A program made the position numbers and the translations under genes. A model generated the notes under the pieces. It did no database searches, was not told where the DNA came from, and saw nothing but the letters and a program-made list of their open reading frames with translations. A stretch of 64,000 bases of DNA from an uncultured Clostridia bacterium. Its GTDB lineage: Bacteria > Bacillota > Clostridia > Christensenellales > UBA1242. Positions 19,343-28,801 of the stretch are shown here, piece by piece (position 1 is the stretch's first letter; every line of letters starts with the position of its first letter). The DNA lies in contig CAKVGK010000003.1 in the NCBI GenBank assembly GCA_934747385.1, positions 3,679 through 67,678 of the forward strand. The letters are read 5' to 3'.

Positions 19343-21301
19343 CTAAATATCCAAATCTTTAACCAATGTTGCGTGTTGTTCAATAAACTCACGTCTGCCG
19401 TCAACACGGTCACCCATAAGCAGGTCAAACACTTCGTTGCACGCCAAAGCGTCACTCATAACAACTTTTTTAAGAGTACGAGTTTTTGGGTTCATTGTTG
19501 TGTCCCAAAGTTGGTCTGTGTCCATTTCGCCAAGACCTTTGTAACGTTGAACTTCGTATCCCTTGTCACCACCAGCCAAAGCAGCTTCTTTTTCTTCTTC
19601 ACTGAAATAGTAATTAATTTGTTTGCCGCGTTGCACACGATAAAGTGGTGGTTGCGCAACATAAATATGCCCTTCTTCAACAAGTGGACGCATATATCTA
19701 AAGAAGAATGTCAACATTAAAATTTCAATATGGCTGCCGTCCACGTCGGCATCGGTCATGATGATGATTTTATCATAACGCAATTTTTTAGGGTCGCAAT
19801 TTTCATAAATTCCGCACCCAAAAGCGGTTATCATAGATTTGATTTCTTCATTTTCAAGCGCACGAGTGAGCCTTGTTTTTTCAACATTCAAAATTTTACC
19901 ACGCAATGGCAAAATTGCTTGATAGTGTCTATCACGGCAGTTTTTTGCAGTACCGCCCGCAGAATCACCTTCGACGATAAAGATTTCACATTCACTGGCA
20001 TTTTTGCTGCTGCAATCTGCCAACTTGCCCGGAAGAGTTGAAACCTCCAAAGCGGATTTGCGCCTTGTGTCTTCACGTGCGTTGCGGGCTGCTTCCCTTG
20101 CGCGTTGAGAAAGCAAACATTTGTTGATAAGTTCTTTGCTTTCTTTTGGGTGTTCTTCCAAATAATCTTTGAATGTTTCTTCCATTGCCTTGCCAACAAA
20201 TGTCCTAATTTCATCTGTGCCAAGTTTTGTTTTGGTTTGACCTTCAAATTGAGGTTCTTCAACCTTAACAGAGATAACTGCAACAATGCCTTCACGTGTG
20301 TCTTCGCCTGAAAGTTTTTGTTTTTCTTTAAGCATTTTGTTTTCAACTGCGTAGTCGTTGATAATCTTCATCAAACTGTTTTTAAAGCCGTCAACGTGTT
20401 TGCCGCCTTCTTCTGTGTTAATGTTGTTGCAATAACTGTGAATGTTTTCGGTGTAGGTGTCGGTATATTGGAAACTGAATTCAATTTCGGTTGTTGCTGG
20501 TTGTGGTTGACCATTTTCATCTTTGCGTTTGTAATGATAAATTTTGTCAACATAAATAGGCTCTGGGAACACGCATTGCTTGTTTTCAGTGAGGTCTGCA
20601 ACAAACTCTTGAATGCCGCCCATAAATTGATACAAATTTTCTTGTTCCTTACCTTCGCGGTCATCTTTGATTGTTATGCGCAAGCCTTTGTTAAGGAATG
20701 CAATTTCACGCAAACGAGATTTAAGCAAATCATAGTTAAATTCGGTTACTGGGAAAATTTCATAGTCTGGTTTGAATGTGACCTTTGTGCCAGTTTTTGC
20801 TGGGTCAACATCTCCCACAATTGCAAGCCTATCGGTTGGAATACCACGATGATATTCTTGGGTGTAGTGATGCCCATTTTGGCAAATGTCCAAAAGCAGT
20901 GTTTCACTAAGCGCATTAACAACTGAAAGACCAACGCCGTGCAAACCACCAGAAATTTTGTATCCACCACCGCCGAACTTGCCGCCTGCGTGCAACTTTG
21001 TCAAAACCAATTCAGCAGCAGAAATACCTTCCTTTGCGTGGATGCCAGTTGGAATGCCACGGCCGTTATCGGTTACACTAACTGAACCGTCTGGATTGAT
21101 TTCCACATTAATTTCGTTGCAGTATCCTGCCAATGCTTCGTCGATAGAGTTATCAACAATTTCAGTTACCAAATGGTGAAGCCCGCGCTCATCAGTTGAG
21201 CCAATGTACATACCTGGGCGTTTGCGGACAGGTTCAAGCCCTTCCAACACTTGAATGGCAGAAGCGCCATAGTCAGCGGTAACTTTTAATTCGTCTTGCA
21301 T
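19343..21301 (-). CDS. gyrB: DNA gyrase subunit B
   Basis: 652-aa ORF with a GHKL ATPase (LHHLVTEIVDNSIDEA, GGLHGVG) and Toprim motifs (EGDSAGG, PLRGKILNVEK, IMTDADVDGSHI). Confidence 0.97.
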   Translation of the reverse strand: MQDELKVTADYGASAIQVLEGLEPVRKRPGMYIGSTDERGLHHLVTEIVDNSIDEALAGYCNEINVEINPDGSVSVTDNGRGIPTGIHAKEGISAAELVLTKLHAGGKFGGGGYKISGGLHGVGLSVVNALSETLLLDICQNGHHYTQEYHRGIPTDRLAIVGDVDPAKTGTKVTFKPDYEIFPVTEFNYDLLKSRLREIAFLNKGLRITIKDDREGKEQENLYQFMGGIQEFVADLTENKQCVFPEPIYVDKIYHYKRKDENGQPQPATTEIEFSFQYTDTYTENIHSYCNNINTEEGGKHVDGFKNSLMKIINDYAVENKMLKEKQKLSGEDTREGIVAVISVKVEEPQFEGQTKTKLGTDEIRTFVGKAMEETFKDYLEEHPKESKELINKCLLSQRAREAARNAREDTRRKSALEVSTLPGKLADCSSKNASECEIFIVEGDSAGGTAKNCRDRHYQAILPLRGKILNVEKTRLTRALENEEIKSMITAFGCGIYENCDPKKLRYDKIIIMTDADVDGSHIEILMLTFFFRYMRPLVEEGHIYVAQPPLYRVQRGKQINYYFSEEEKEAALAGGDKGYEVQRYKGLGEMDTDQLWDTTMNPKTRTLKKVVMSDALACNEVFDLLMGDRVDGRREFIEQHATLVKDLDI

Positions 21302-21444
21302 AAAATCTCCTTAATTGCGTGTTATTTACACAAAATAACATATAATTAAATATTTGCCAAATACAAGCAAAATCAAGCCCATAAAGCAAAAATTTACATT
21401 ATATAAATATAATGTAATTATATCAACAAAAAAGCAAAAAAGCA

Positions 21445-21473
21445 AGCAAAAAACCGCTAAATAAAGCGGTTTT
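21445..21473 (-). terminator. Intrinsic terminator downstream of metG
   Basis: AAACCGCT-ttattt-AGCGGTTT followed by TTTTGCTT on the minus strand. Confidence 0.7.
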
Positions 21474-21477
21474 AAAA

Positions 21478-23055
21478 TTAACCATTGGCGATTTCGTTAA
21501 GTTCGGCAATTTCTTTGTTTATGTCAAGGCGTTGATACAAATTTTCACCTTTTATAACTGGTGTGCCGTCAGCAATAAAGCCAAAATCGGCATATTCATT
21601 GAATGATGTTGGCACTTTTAAGCCCCAGTTAGCGTAAACCATTTTTGGTTTGTCAGTTAAGAATGGCAAAAGCAATGTGTTTGCAATTATAATTGCTTCG
21701 CTTATTAGGTTCATAACAGTATTTATGCGTGCAGTGTTGCTTTCTTTAAACAATACCCAAGGTGCCGTTTCGTCAATATACTTGTTTGTGCGTGAGAACA
21801 TTTCAAAAATCGTGTTTAATGCGCCACTTGGATTAATATCTTCCATTTGTTCAAACACTTTGGCACGTTTGCTGCGGATTTCTGACACAAATGTGTTGTC
21901 AATTTCTGTCAACCCGCCCGCTTTGTTGAGTGTACCATTCAAATATTTGCCAATCATACCACAAGTGCGGGACACAAGATTGCCATATTCGTTTGCAAGG
22001 TTTGTGTTAAATGCGTTTAAAAACAAATCTTGACTATATGGTCCGTCTTGCCCAAACTGAACTTCTTTTGTCAAGAACAAACGCACACTGTCCAAACCAT
22101 AACGTGCCACAAGCACACGTGGGTCAATAACTTCCTTTTTGCCTGTTTCTTTTGATTTGCTCAATTTATCGTTGCCAAACAAAAGCCAACCATGACCATA
22201 AATTTGTTTTGGAAGAGGCAAATCAAGTGCCATTAAAATTGCAGGCCAAATGATTGCGTGGAAGCGTACGATTTCTTTGCCCACAACGTGAACATCTGCT
22301 GGCCAAAATTTGTTGAAGTTTGTTTCATCTTCTTGCAAATAGCCCAATGCTGAAAGGTAGTTTGGCAATGCATCAATCCAAACATAAATTGTGTGCTTTG
22401 GGTCAAATTCAACTGGCACGCCCCATTTTACACTTGTGCGGCTAACACACAAATCTTTAAGCCCTGGTTTGATAAAGTTGTTAATCATTTCATTAACGCG
22501 AGATTGTGGGCGCAAAAAGTATGGATTGGTTTTGTATAAATTTAAAATTTTGTCTTGATATTCGCTAAGGCGGAAGAAATATGCCTCTTCTTCCATTGGT
22601 TCAACAGGTCTGCCACAGTCTGGGCATTTACCGTCAACCAATTGTTCTTCCGTCCAAAAACTTTCACATGGAGTGCAATACAAACCTTTGTAGCTAGATT
22701 TGTAAATTTGACCTTTTTCATACAACTTGTTAAAGATTTTTTGCACGGTTTTAACATGATAATCGTCTGTCGTGCGGATGAATTTGTCGTAAGAAATATC
22801 AAGCATTTTCCACAATGCTTTTGTGTCGTCAATTATCTCGTTAAGATACTCCATTTCTGGTTTGCCACAAGCCAAAGCCTTCTTTTCAATTTTTTGGCCG
22901 TGTTCATCAGTTCCAGTAAGGTAAAAAACATCTTTACCACACATTCGATTGAACCTTGCCAAACTGTCACACACAACAGTTGTGTAGCAATTGCCAAGTG
23001 TTAATTTATTGCTTGGGTAATAAATTGGTGTTGTGATATAAAATGTGTTTTTCAT
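21478..23055 (-). CDS. metG: Methionine--tRNA ligase (short form without C-terminal tRNA-binding extension)
   Basis: 525-aa ORF: YITTPIYYPSNKLTLGNCY (HIGH region variant), Zn knuckle CTPCESF...CPDCGRP, and KLSKS (KMSKS loop). Confidence 0.95.
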   Translation of the reverse strand: MKNTFYITTPIYYPSNKLTLGNCYTTVVCDSLARFNRMCGKDVFYLTGTDEHGQKIEKKALACGKPEMEYLNEIIDDTKALWKMLDISYDKFIRTTDDYHVKTVQKIFNKLYEKGQIYKSSYKGLYCTPCESFWTEEQLVDGKCPDCGRPVEPMEEEAYFFRLSEYQDKILNLYKTNPYFLRPQSRVNEMINNFIKPGLKDLCVSRTSVKWGVPVEFDPKHTIYVWIDALPNYLSALGYLQEDETNFNKFWPADVHVVGKEIVRFHAIIWPAILMALDLPLPKQIYGHGWLLFGNDKLSKSKETGKKEVIDPRVLVARYGLDSVRLFLTKEVQFGQDGPYSQDLFLNAFNTNLANEYGNLVSRTCGMIGKYLNGTLNKAGGLTEIDNTFVSEIRSKRAKVFEQMEDINPSGALNTIFEMFSRTNKYIDETAPWVLFKESNTARINTVMNLISEAIIIANTLLLPFLTDKPKMVYANWGLKVPTSFNEYADFGFIADGTPVIKGENLYQRLDINKEIAELNEIANG

Positions 23056-23070
23056 AATATTTTCCTTTTA

Positions 23071-23146
23071 GATTGATGAATGCTTGCATTTCAGCAAGCG
23101 GAAAGGGAATTATATATCGTTCTAAGATATGTTTTTTCTCCTTTTT
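23071..23146. repeat. 76-nt two-hairpin module (copy A) in the metG 5' region; paralogous to 24308-24383
   Basis: Contains TGCTTGC-atttca-GCAAGC and an AT-rich TATATC...GATAT palindrome flanked by AAAGGG/CTCCTTT, followed by a plus-strand T-run. By-eye alignment to copy B gives roughly 70% identity. Confidence 0.7.
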
Positions 23147-23204
23147 GGTTTTTTCGGATTTGTGTTGTTTTTGTTTTTTATTAAACGCGCAACAAACCCT
23201 TGTT

Positions 23205-23789
23205 TTATTTTAATCTTTCGATTAGATATGCCATGTAGTGTTTGCTGTCAAACTCAAGTTTGTATTTGTCCAATTTTGACTTTGGGTAGTGCTCTGGGTG
23301 TGGATTGCGGAACTTCTTTTTCTTTATTATTTTAAAACCCTTTTCTTTAAGATATTGTTCAATATATCTAAAATGCACGCAAGGGTCTTCCCAAATATCC
23401 ACAAGCACAAAATATTTGCTGCGGATATCCATAATTTGGTGGAACAGGTTTTCAAACGAATTGCCAAAATTTGACGCTTCACCAAGCACCAAATGCATTA
23501 AGCAAAAATCATACCTTTTGCGGATGCAAGACGAGCAAATGTCTGTTTCAATCACATCCAAACGCTTGCTGCCAATGGCGGATTGCAATGGATTTTTTTT
23601 GCGGTTGTCACCCGGATAAACAATAGCATCAACATGTGCAGTTGGAAAATATTTAAGCAAAATGCTTGCGCTGATTTTTCCACTGCCAGAATCAATGATT
23701 TGCTTGATTTCCGCATTTTTTAGTGGCCTAATCATAGTTTTTATGATTTTGTCGTGTATCGTTTTTGAAGTGTTAACTAATTTTTCCAC
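23205..23789 (-). CDS. Possible class I SAM-dependent methyltransferase-fold protein
   Basis: 194-aa ORF. IIDSGSGKISASIL resembles SAM motif I, VDAIVY resembles the post-I motif, and DFCLMHLVLGE follows. The assignment is weak. Confidence 0.4.
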   Translation of the reverse strand: MEKLVNTSKTIHDKIIKTMIRPLKNAEIKQIIDSGSGKISASILLKYFPTAHVDAIVYPGDNRKKNPLQSAIGSKRLDVIETDICSSCIRKRYDFCLMHLVLGEASNFGNSFENLFHQIMDIRSKYFVLVDIWEDPCVHFRYIEQYLKEKGFKIIKKKKFRNPHPEHYPKSKLDKYKLEFDSKHYMAYLIERLK

Positions 23790-23832
23790 ATTTCACCCCT
23801 TTGTTTGTGCAAAAAATTTAAAATTACAATAT

Positions 23833-24252
23833 TTAACCGCGAGCGATACGATTGACCAATCCCATGTCCACTTGACCGGCATAGTTGGCTTTAAAGTGTT
23901 TCATAACACTTGGAATTGATTTGTCGTCAAGACCTGCAATAATGTTGCGGATTTCATCTTCTCCAAGCATTTTAGGCAAATACTTTTCAATGATTTCTTT
24001 TTGGCGATCTATATTTTCAGCTTCCGCGCTGTTGCCCACTTTAACATAGTTTTCCTTTTCCTCGGTCAACTCTTTGATTGTTTTTTGAATGATTTGAATT
24101 GTATCAATGTCGGTAAGTTCCTTGCCGTCTTTTTTGAGTTCAATGCCAGCAAGCAAGCATTTGTTCATAACAACGCCATAGATTGCACGAGCCAAGGCGT
24201 CGTGGTCTTTCATTGCTTGAACATTGTCTTTTTTAATTTGTTCTAAAATCAT
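23833..24252 (-). CDS. GatB/YqeY-domain protein
   Basis: 139-aa ORF with an AAGGAGA SD. MILEQIKKDNVQAMKDHDALARAIYGVVMNKC...KYLPKMLGEDEIRNII...NYAGQVDMGLVNRIARG is typical of the YqeY family. Confidence 0.8.
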   Translation of the reverse strand: MILEQIKKDNVQAMKDHDALARAIYGVVMNKCLLAGIELKKDGKELTDIDTIQIIQKTIKELTEEKENYVKVGNSAEAENIDRQKEIIEKYLPKMLGEDEIRNIIAGLDDKSIPSVMKHFKANYAGQVDMGLVNRIARG

Positions 24253-24267
24253 AATAATTCTCCTTTT

Positions 24268-24427
24268 AAGGAATTATTATATCACACTTGATATAATGCT
24301 CCTTTTTGATTAATAATTGCTTGCAAATTAGCAAGCATAAAGGTGATATTTATATCACGCTAGAGATATAATTATCTCCTTTTAGGAGGGGTATTATATC
24401 AGCCTTGATATAATTTCTCTCCTTTTT
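24268..24427. repeat. Array of three long imperfect palindromes (U1 24268-24305, U2 24339-24383, U3 24384-24427) plus a TGCTTGC/GCAAGCA hairpin (24318-24337)
   Basis: Each unit has the form AAGGAG-like arm + ATTATATC(A) - 4-8 nt - (T)GATATAAT + CTCCTT arm, then TTTT on the plus strand. The region 24308-24383 is paralogous to 23071-23146. Confidence 0.8.
24276..24284 (-). promoter_or_regulatory. Extended -10 element TGATATAAT (minus strand), 24 nt upstream of the yqeY-like ATG
   Basis: The reverse complement of ATTATATCA at 24276-24284. The same 9-mer forms the -10 of two other candidate promoters in this window (30907, 43816). It is embedded in palindromic unit U1. Confidence 0.45.
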
Positions 24428-24524
24428 GGGGTGTAAATCACACTAAATATAAGCGCCCCATTTTTTAATTTTTAATATTTAACATTTTTATAGAATGTGT
24501 TTTTAACTTACGCAAGAGTTTGGA

Positions 24525-25955
24525 CTATTCTCCAAAAGCGTCGTCAATGTCTTTATCAACAACCGCGGTCATAACATTATCTTTTTGCACCTTGCTTGTA
24601 TTTTTAGTGTACAAATTGTCTTTGCCAGGTTCATAAAATTGAGTGTACTCCCCTTTAAATTTAATTGGAATGTTGCCGCGTTCACCATTACGGTGTTTTG
24701 CAATAACAAGAGAATAATCTTTTGAACCGTCGTTGGTGTCTGGCACGTCTTCAAGAGCAGTGTCTGCAATAAACATAACAATATCTGCGTCTTGCTCAAT
24801 AGAGCCAGATTCACGGAGGTCACTCAACTGTGGAGTTTTGTCCGCACGTTTTTCACTTTCACGATTCAACTGTGAAAGCAACAGGATTGGCACATGCAAT
24901 TCACGCGCTGCAAGTTTAATACTACGCGTTAAATCTGCAACTTCTTGTTGGCGGTTGTTGTCTTTTGTTGCGCGCTCACTCTTCATCAATTGAAGGTAGT
25001 CCACAATAACCATATCTAGACCATGTTGCGCTTTCAATCTGCGGCATTTGGACAAAATTTCACTTGGTGTGATTGTGGTTGTGTCGTCGATATAAATATT
25101 TGTGTTTTCAAGTATCTTCTTGGTTTCAAAAATTGTGTTCCAGATATTATTATCTTTTGTGCCGGATTTTACGTCGTTCATTGGCACTCTACCTGTTGCA
25201 CACATATATCTTTGAGCAACTTGCAAAGCAGACATTTCAAGGTCAAACATTGCAACTGATTTGCCGTGTTTGAGTGCAGCATTAATTGCAAAGTTAACTG
25301 CCAAGGTGGTTTTACCAATACCTGGACGAGCAGCGATAATGATAAGTTCGCCGTCCTTAAAGCCGTTTGTCATGCGGTCAAGCGTTGGAAAGCCAACTTT
25401 AACACCAGCATTTGCATTTGGGTCAATCGCCAATTTTTCCATAAGGTCAATTGCCTCAGTTACACCAACTCGAATATGTTCCAATTCGCTTGTTCGCCTT
25501 GTTTGTGAAATGTCAAAAATAAATTTTTCCGCCCTTTCTAGCACCTCTTTTGCAGTTTTACCCTCAAAAGCGTCGTTAATTGTTTGCTCACTGGCTTGAA
25601 TAACCTCACGTAAAGTGCCGTCGTTTTTAACAATCTCTGCATAGTGCTTAAAATTTGCTGCACTAGGCACAAAGTTGGTTAAGTCTGTGATATACCCCAA
25701 ACCGCCAACCTCTTCAAGTTGCCCATTGTTTGTTAGCATTTTGCTTACGGTTATGTAGTCATTAGGAATGTCTAAGGAATAGTTCTGCAACATTGCCTGA
25801 TAAATTTTTTGGTGTGCGTTGGAATAGAAATCTGTTGGTTTAATCATGGAAAAAACTTCCATGCACGCGTCTTGCGACAAGAACAAACAGCCCAACAATG
25901 CCTGTTCTGCCTCCAAATCGTTTGGCAACATTCTTGCAATTTTTTCTTTTGCCAT
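24525..25955 (-). CDS. dnaB: Replicative DNA helicase
   Basis: 476-aa ORF: LPNDLEAEQALLGCLF at the N-terminus, Walker A ARPGIGKTT, and IVDYLQLM. The size argues against an intein. Confidence 0.95.
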   Translation of the reverse strand: MAKEKIARMLPNDLEAEQALLGCLFLSQDACMEVFSMIKPTDFYSNAHQKIYQAMLQNYSLDIPNDYITVSKMLTNNGQLEEVGGLGYITDLTNFVPSAANFKHYAEIVKNDGTLREVIQASEQTINDAFEGKTAKEVLERAEKFIFDISQTRRTSELEHIRVGVTEAIDLMEKLAIDPNANAGVKVGFPTLDRMTNGFKDGELIIIAARPGIGKTTLAVNFAINAALKHGKSVAMFDLEMSALQVAQRYMCATGRVPMNDVKSGTKDNNIWNTIFETKKILENTNIYIDDTTTITPSEILSKCRRLKAQHGLDMVIVDYLQLMKSERATKDNNRQQEVADLTRSIKLAARELHVPILLLSQLNRESEKRADKTPQLSDLRESGSIEQDADIVMFIADTALEDVPDTNDGSKDYSLVIAKHRNGERGNIPIKFKGEYTQFYEPGKDNLYTKNTSKVQKDNVMTAVVDKDIDDAFGE

Positions 25956-25980
25956 AAACCCTCCTAAAAGTTAAATAATT

Positions 25981-26250
25981 TTACTTAAACACGTCTTTTT
26001 TAGTGCCCAGCAATTCATCTGCCTGCTTGCGTTTTTCCTTTGCACGAGTGATTAACTCTTCAATCAAAACAGCCAGACCCATAATGATTATAAAGATAAA
26101 TATTTGCCAAAAATTGCTTGTGATTATGTTGCGAGTTAAATACGCAAACACAATAAGCACCGGCAAACAGCAAAGCATTGTTATTGCAATACGCTTTGCA
26201 ACCTTCATTGCTTTTGCATAAGTTTGACTTCTTTGATTGACAGGTCTCAT
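25981..26250 (-). CDS. Small two-TM membrane protein, translationally coupled to typA (TAATG overlap)
   Basis: 89-aa ORF with two hydrophobic segments and a basic C-terminal tail. Confidence 0.5.
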   Translation of the reverse strand: MRPVNQRSQTYAKAMKVAKRIAITMLCCLPVLIVFAYLTRNIITSNFWQIFIFIIIMGLAVLIEELITRAKEKRKQADELLGTKKDVFK

Positions 26251-28067
26251 TAATCCTCCACAACCGGTTTTCTTGCCTTGGCACGAAGTGAATGGTCTAA
26301 AATACGTTTTCTAATACGAACACTTTGTGGTGTTATTTCCACAAGTTCGTCATCTGCAATAAATTCAAGTGCTTCTTCAAGCGTCAATGGTTTGATTGGT
26401 GTAAGTTTAAGAGCGTCGTCGCTGGCACTGCTTCGAGTGTTGGTGAGTTGTTTCTTTTTGCAAACGTTAACAACAATATCTTCACCCTTAGGGTTTGCAC
26501 CAACAACTTGACCCATATAAACTTTGTCGCCAGGGCCAACAAGCAATCTGCCGCGACCTTGAGCGTTGAACAAACCATAAGTGATTGCCTCGCCAGTTTC
26601 GTAACTGATAAGCGAGCCAAAGTTGCGGCCTTCAATATCGCCCTTGTATGGTTGATAACTGTCAAACACAAAACTCATAACGCCTTCACCGCGAGTGTCG
26701 GTGAGCATTTGAGATTTATAACCAAACAAACCACGGCTTGGCACCAAGAATTGCAAACGCATGCGGCTGCCGATTGGTGTCATGCTGATAAGCTCACCTT
26801 TCTTAACGCCCATGCTCATCATTATTGAGCCAACGCTATCTTCTGGCACGTCGATTACAAGTTTATCTATAGGTTCGCATTTAACGCCATCAATGTTTTT
26901 GAACAATACACGTGGACGGCTGACCTGAAATTCATAACCATCACGGCGCATGTTTTCAATAAGAATAGATAGGTGCATTTCGCCTCTGCCGCGCACTTTG
27001 AATTGGTCGGCAGTGTCGCCATCACTAACCTGCAAAGACAAGTCTTTAACAGCCTCTTTGTAAAGTCTGTCTTTCAGGTGGCGGCTTGTGACATATTTGC
27101 CTTCCTTACCTGCAAAAGGACTATCGTTAACCATAAATGTCATTTCAACGCTTGGTTCACTGATTTTAACAAATGGAAGAGCTGCCATATCTGGAGTTTC
27201 GCTGATTGTGTCGCCAATTGTGATGTCTGGAATGCCGGCAATGCACACAATGTCGCCTGCTGTGCCAAGTTCAATAGGATCACGTTTTAAACCATCAAAG
27301 TTAAAGATGTTAACTGCTTTGCCTTGATATTTTTTGTTATCGTCAAAATAGTTTTTAACATAAACAGTTTGGTTAAGTTTGAGTGTGCCAGATTCAATTT
27401 TGCCAACTGCCAGTTTGCCCAAAAAGTCGTTTTGTTCAGTGCTGGAAACAAGCATTTGGAAAGGTGCAGATGTGTCCATTTTTGGTGGGTCAATGTAATT
27501 TACAATTGCTTCAAACAAAGGTTTCATGTCTGTGCCTGGTTTGTGATAGTCGGTTGTTGCAATGCCAGTGCGCGCACTTGCGTAAATGATTGGGCACATA
27601 AGTTGCTCGTCAGTTGCGTTGAGGTCAAGCATAAGTTCAAGCACTTCGTCCGCAACCACGTCCAACCTAGCATCTGGGCGGTCAATTTTGTTGATTACAA
27701 TGATAACCTTCAAATTGAGTTCAAGCGCTTTTTCAAGCACAAAACGTGTTTGAGGCATTGGACCTTCAAAAGCGTCCACAACCAAAAGCACACCATCAAC
27801 CATTTTAAGCACACGTTCAACCTCACCTCCAAAGTCAGCATGACCAGGAGTGTCCACAATATTAATTTTTGTGTTGCCAAAAAAAGCAGAACAGTTTTTG
27901 CTCAAAATTGTGATTCCGCGTTCGCGTTCCAATGCGTTAGAGTCCATAACCCTATCTTGTACTTCTTGATTTTCTCTAAAAATGCCACCTTGTTTCAGCA
28001 AAGCATTAACCAGGCTTGTTTTGCCGTGGTCAACGTGGGCAATGATTGCAATGTTTCTAATATCCAT
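26250..28067 (-). CDS. typA: Translational GTPase TypA/BipA
   Basis: 605-aa ORF: IRNIAIIAHVDHGKTSLVNALL, DTPGHADFGGEVER, NKIDR, and EF-G-like domains. Confidence 0.95.
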   Translation of the reverse strand: MDIRNIAIIAHVDHGKTSLVNALLKQGGIFRENQEVQDRVMDSNALERERGITILSKNCSAFFGNTKINIVDTPGHADFGGEVERVLKMVDGVLLVVDAFEGPMPQTRFVLEKALELNLKVIIVINKIDRPDARLDVVADEVLELMLDLNATDEQLMCPIIYASARTGIATTDYHKPGTDMKPLFEAIVNYIDPPKMDTSAPFQMLVSSTEQNDFLGKLAVGKIESGTLKLNQTVYVKNYFDDNKKYQGKAVNIFNFDGLKRDPIELGTAGDIVCIAGIPDITIGDTISETPDMAALPFVKISEPSVEMTFMVNDSPFAGKEGKYVTSRHLKDRLYKEAVKDLSLQVSDGDTADQFKVRGRGEMHLSILIENMRRDGYEFQVSRPRVLFKNIDGVKCEPIDKLVIDVPEDSVGSIMMSMGVKKGELISMTPIGSRMRLQFLVPSRGLFGYKSQMLTDTRGEGVMSFVFDSYQPYKGDIEGRNFGSLISYETGEAITYGLFNAQGRGRLLVGPGDKVYMGQVVGANPKGEDIVVNVCKKKQLTNTRSSASDDALKLTPIKPLTLEEALEFIADDELVEITPQSVRIRKRILDHSLRAKARKPVVED

Positions 28068-28442
28068 ATAAAAATTTTGTCCTTTTCTTTTAGATTTAAC
28101 GTTTAATATATCAAGCCAGTTTTTCCGGCAATATATGTCAAATTGTTATTATTCTTTTAGATTAATTTATATAATAACACACGCGCGCGTAAAAATCAAT
28201 AATTTGAGCAAATAATTTGCCACAATAAAACAATAGTGACGTCAATAAAAACTGATTAAATTCATTAAACACCTCTAATTATTGCATAATTTACCAAAAA
28301 AATGGCCAAAAACACCTATTTTTAGGGCTTTTGGACGCAAAATATTGCGATTTACGTTTAATTTAGTTGATTTTTGCCAATCAATTTGTTAGTCTAACTA
28401 TAAATAAGGGGGTTGAAGCCCTTTATTAAAAGGAGAAAAATT

Positions 28443-28727
28443 ATGAACACAGTTAGCGCAGGAGAATTTATCAAACAAGTTGCAGAAGCAACAGGTTATT
28501 CACAAGTTCAAGTTAAGGCAATCCTTAATGCCGCTGGTGAACAACTTAAAGCCAACCTTAAGGCTGGCAAAGAATGCCATTTCATTGGTTACATGAACTT
28601 TGGCATTAAACAACGCAAAGCACAAACAAAACTTAACCCATTCACAAAAGAAAAGGTTAAAGTTGCTGCTTGCAAAGTGCCAACCGTTAAGTTGAGCGCA
28701 TCCTTCAAACAATTGTTGAAGAAATAA
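28443..28727 (+). CDS. hup: HU-family nucleoid DNA-binding protein
   Basis: Track ORF starts at TTG 28413. I prefer ATG 28443 behind AAAGGAGAAAAA. 94 aa: MNTVSAGEFIKQVAEATGYSQVQVKAILNAAGEQL...NPFTKEKVKVAACKVPTVKLSASFKQ. Confidence 0.9.
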   Translation: MNTVSAGEFIKQVAEATGYSQVQVKAILNAAGEQLKANLKAGKECHFIGYMNFGIKQRKAQTKLNPFTKEKVKVAACKVPTVKLSASFKQLLKK

Positions 28728-28740
28728 TTTTGAACCAACA

Positions 28741-28769
28741 AAAAACTGCCGCATTCCGGCAGTTTTTTA
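28741..28769. terminator. Bidirectional intrinsic terminator (hup / GLUG gene)
   Basis: AAAAA-CTGCCG-cattc-CGGCAG-TTTTTT. Confidence 0.8.
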
Positions 28770-28801
28770 TTTAATTAATTTATCATTTGTTAAAATAAAA
28801 G

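Noticed and set aside
20318-20926. Long antisense ORFs in the supplied track. Examples: 20318..20926 (+) in gyrB, 27324..28106 (+) in typA, 13763..14401 (-) in nrdD, 55561..56010 (+) in recA, 22555..23004 (+) in metG, 6309..6719 (+) in the ZIP gene, 61559..61993 (+) in the permease, 39049..39489 (-, frame-shifted) in rmuC, and 12212..12637 (-) across the nrdD start.
   Set aside because: Each lies inside a strongly recognisable gene, either on the opposite strand or, in the rmuC case, in another frame of the same strand. They have no SD and their translations are low-complexity or Cys/Phe-rich, typical of shadow ORFs in AT-rich DNA.
23056-23204. T-box leader upstream of metG
   Set aside because: The intergenic space is only 149 nt. 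I saw no AGAGA/GNUGGNA-type boxes, no specifier-loop arrangement and no conserved T-box 14-mer.
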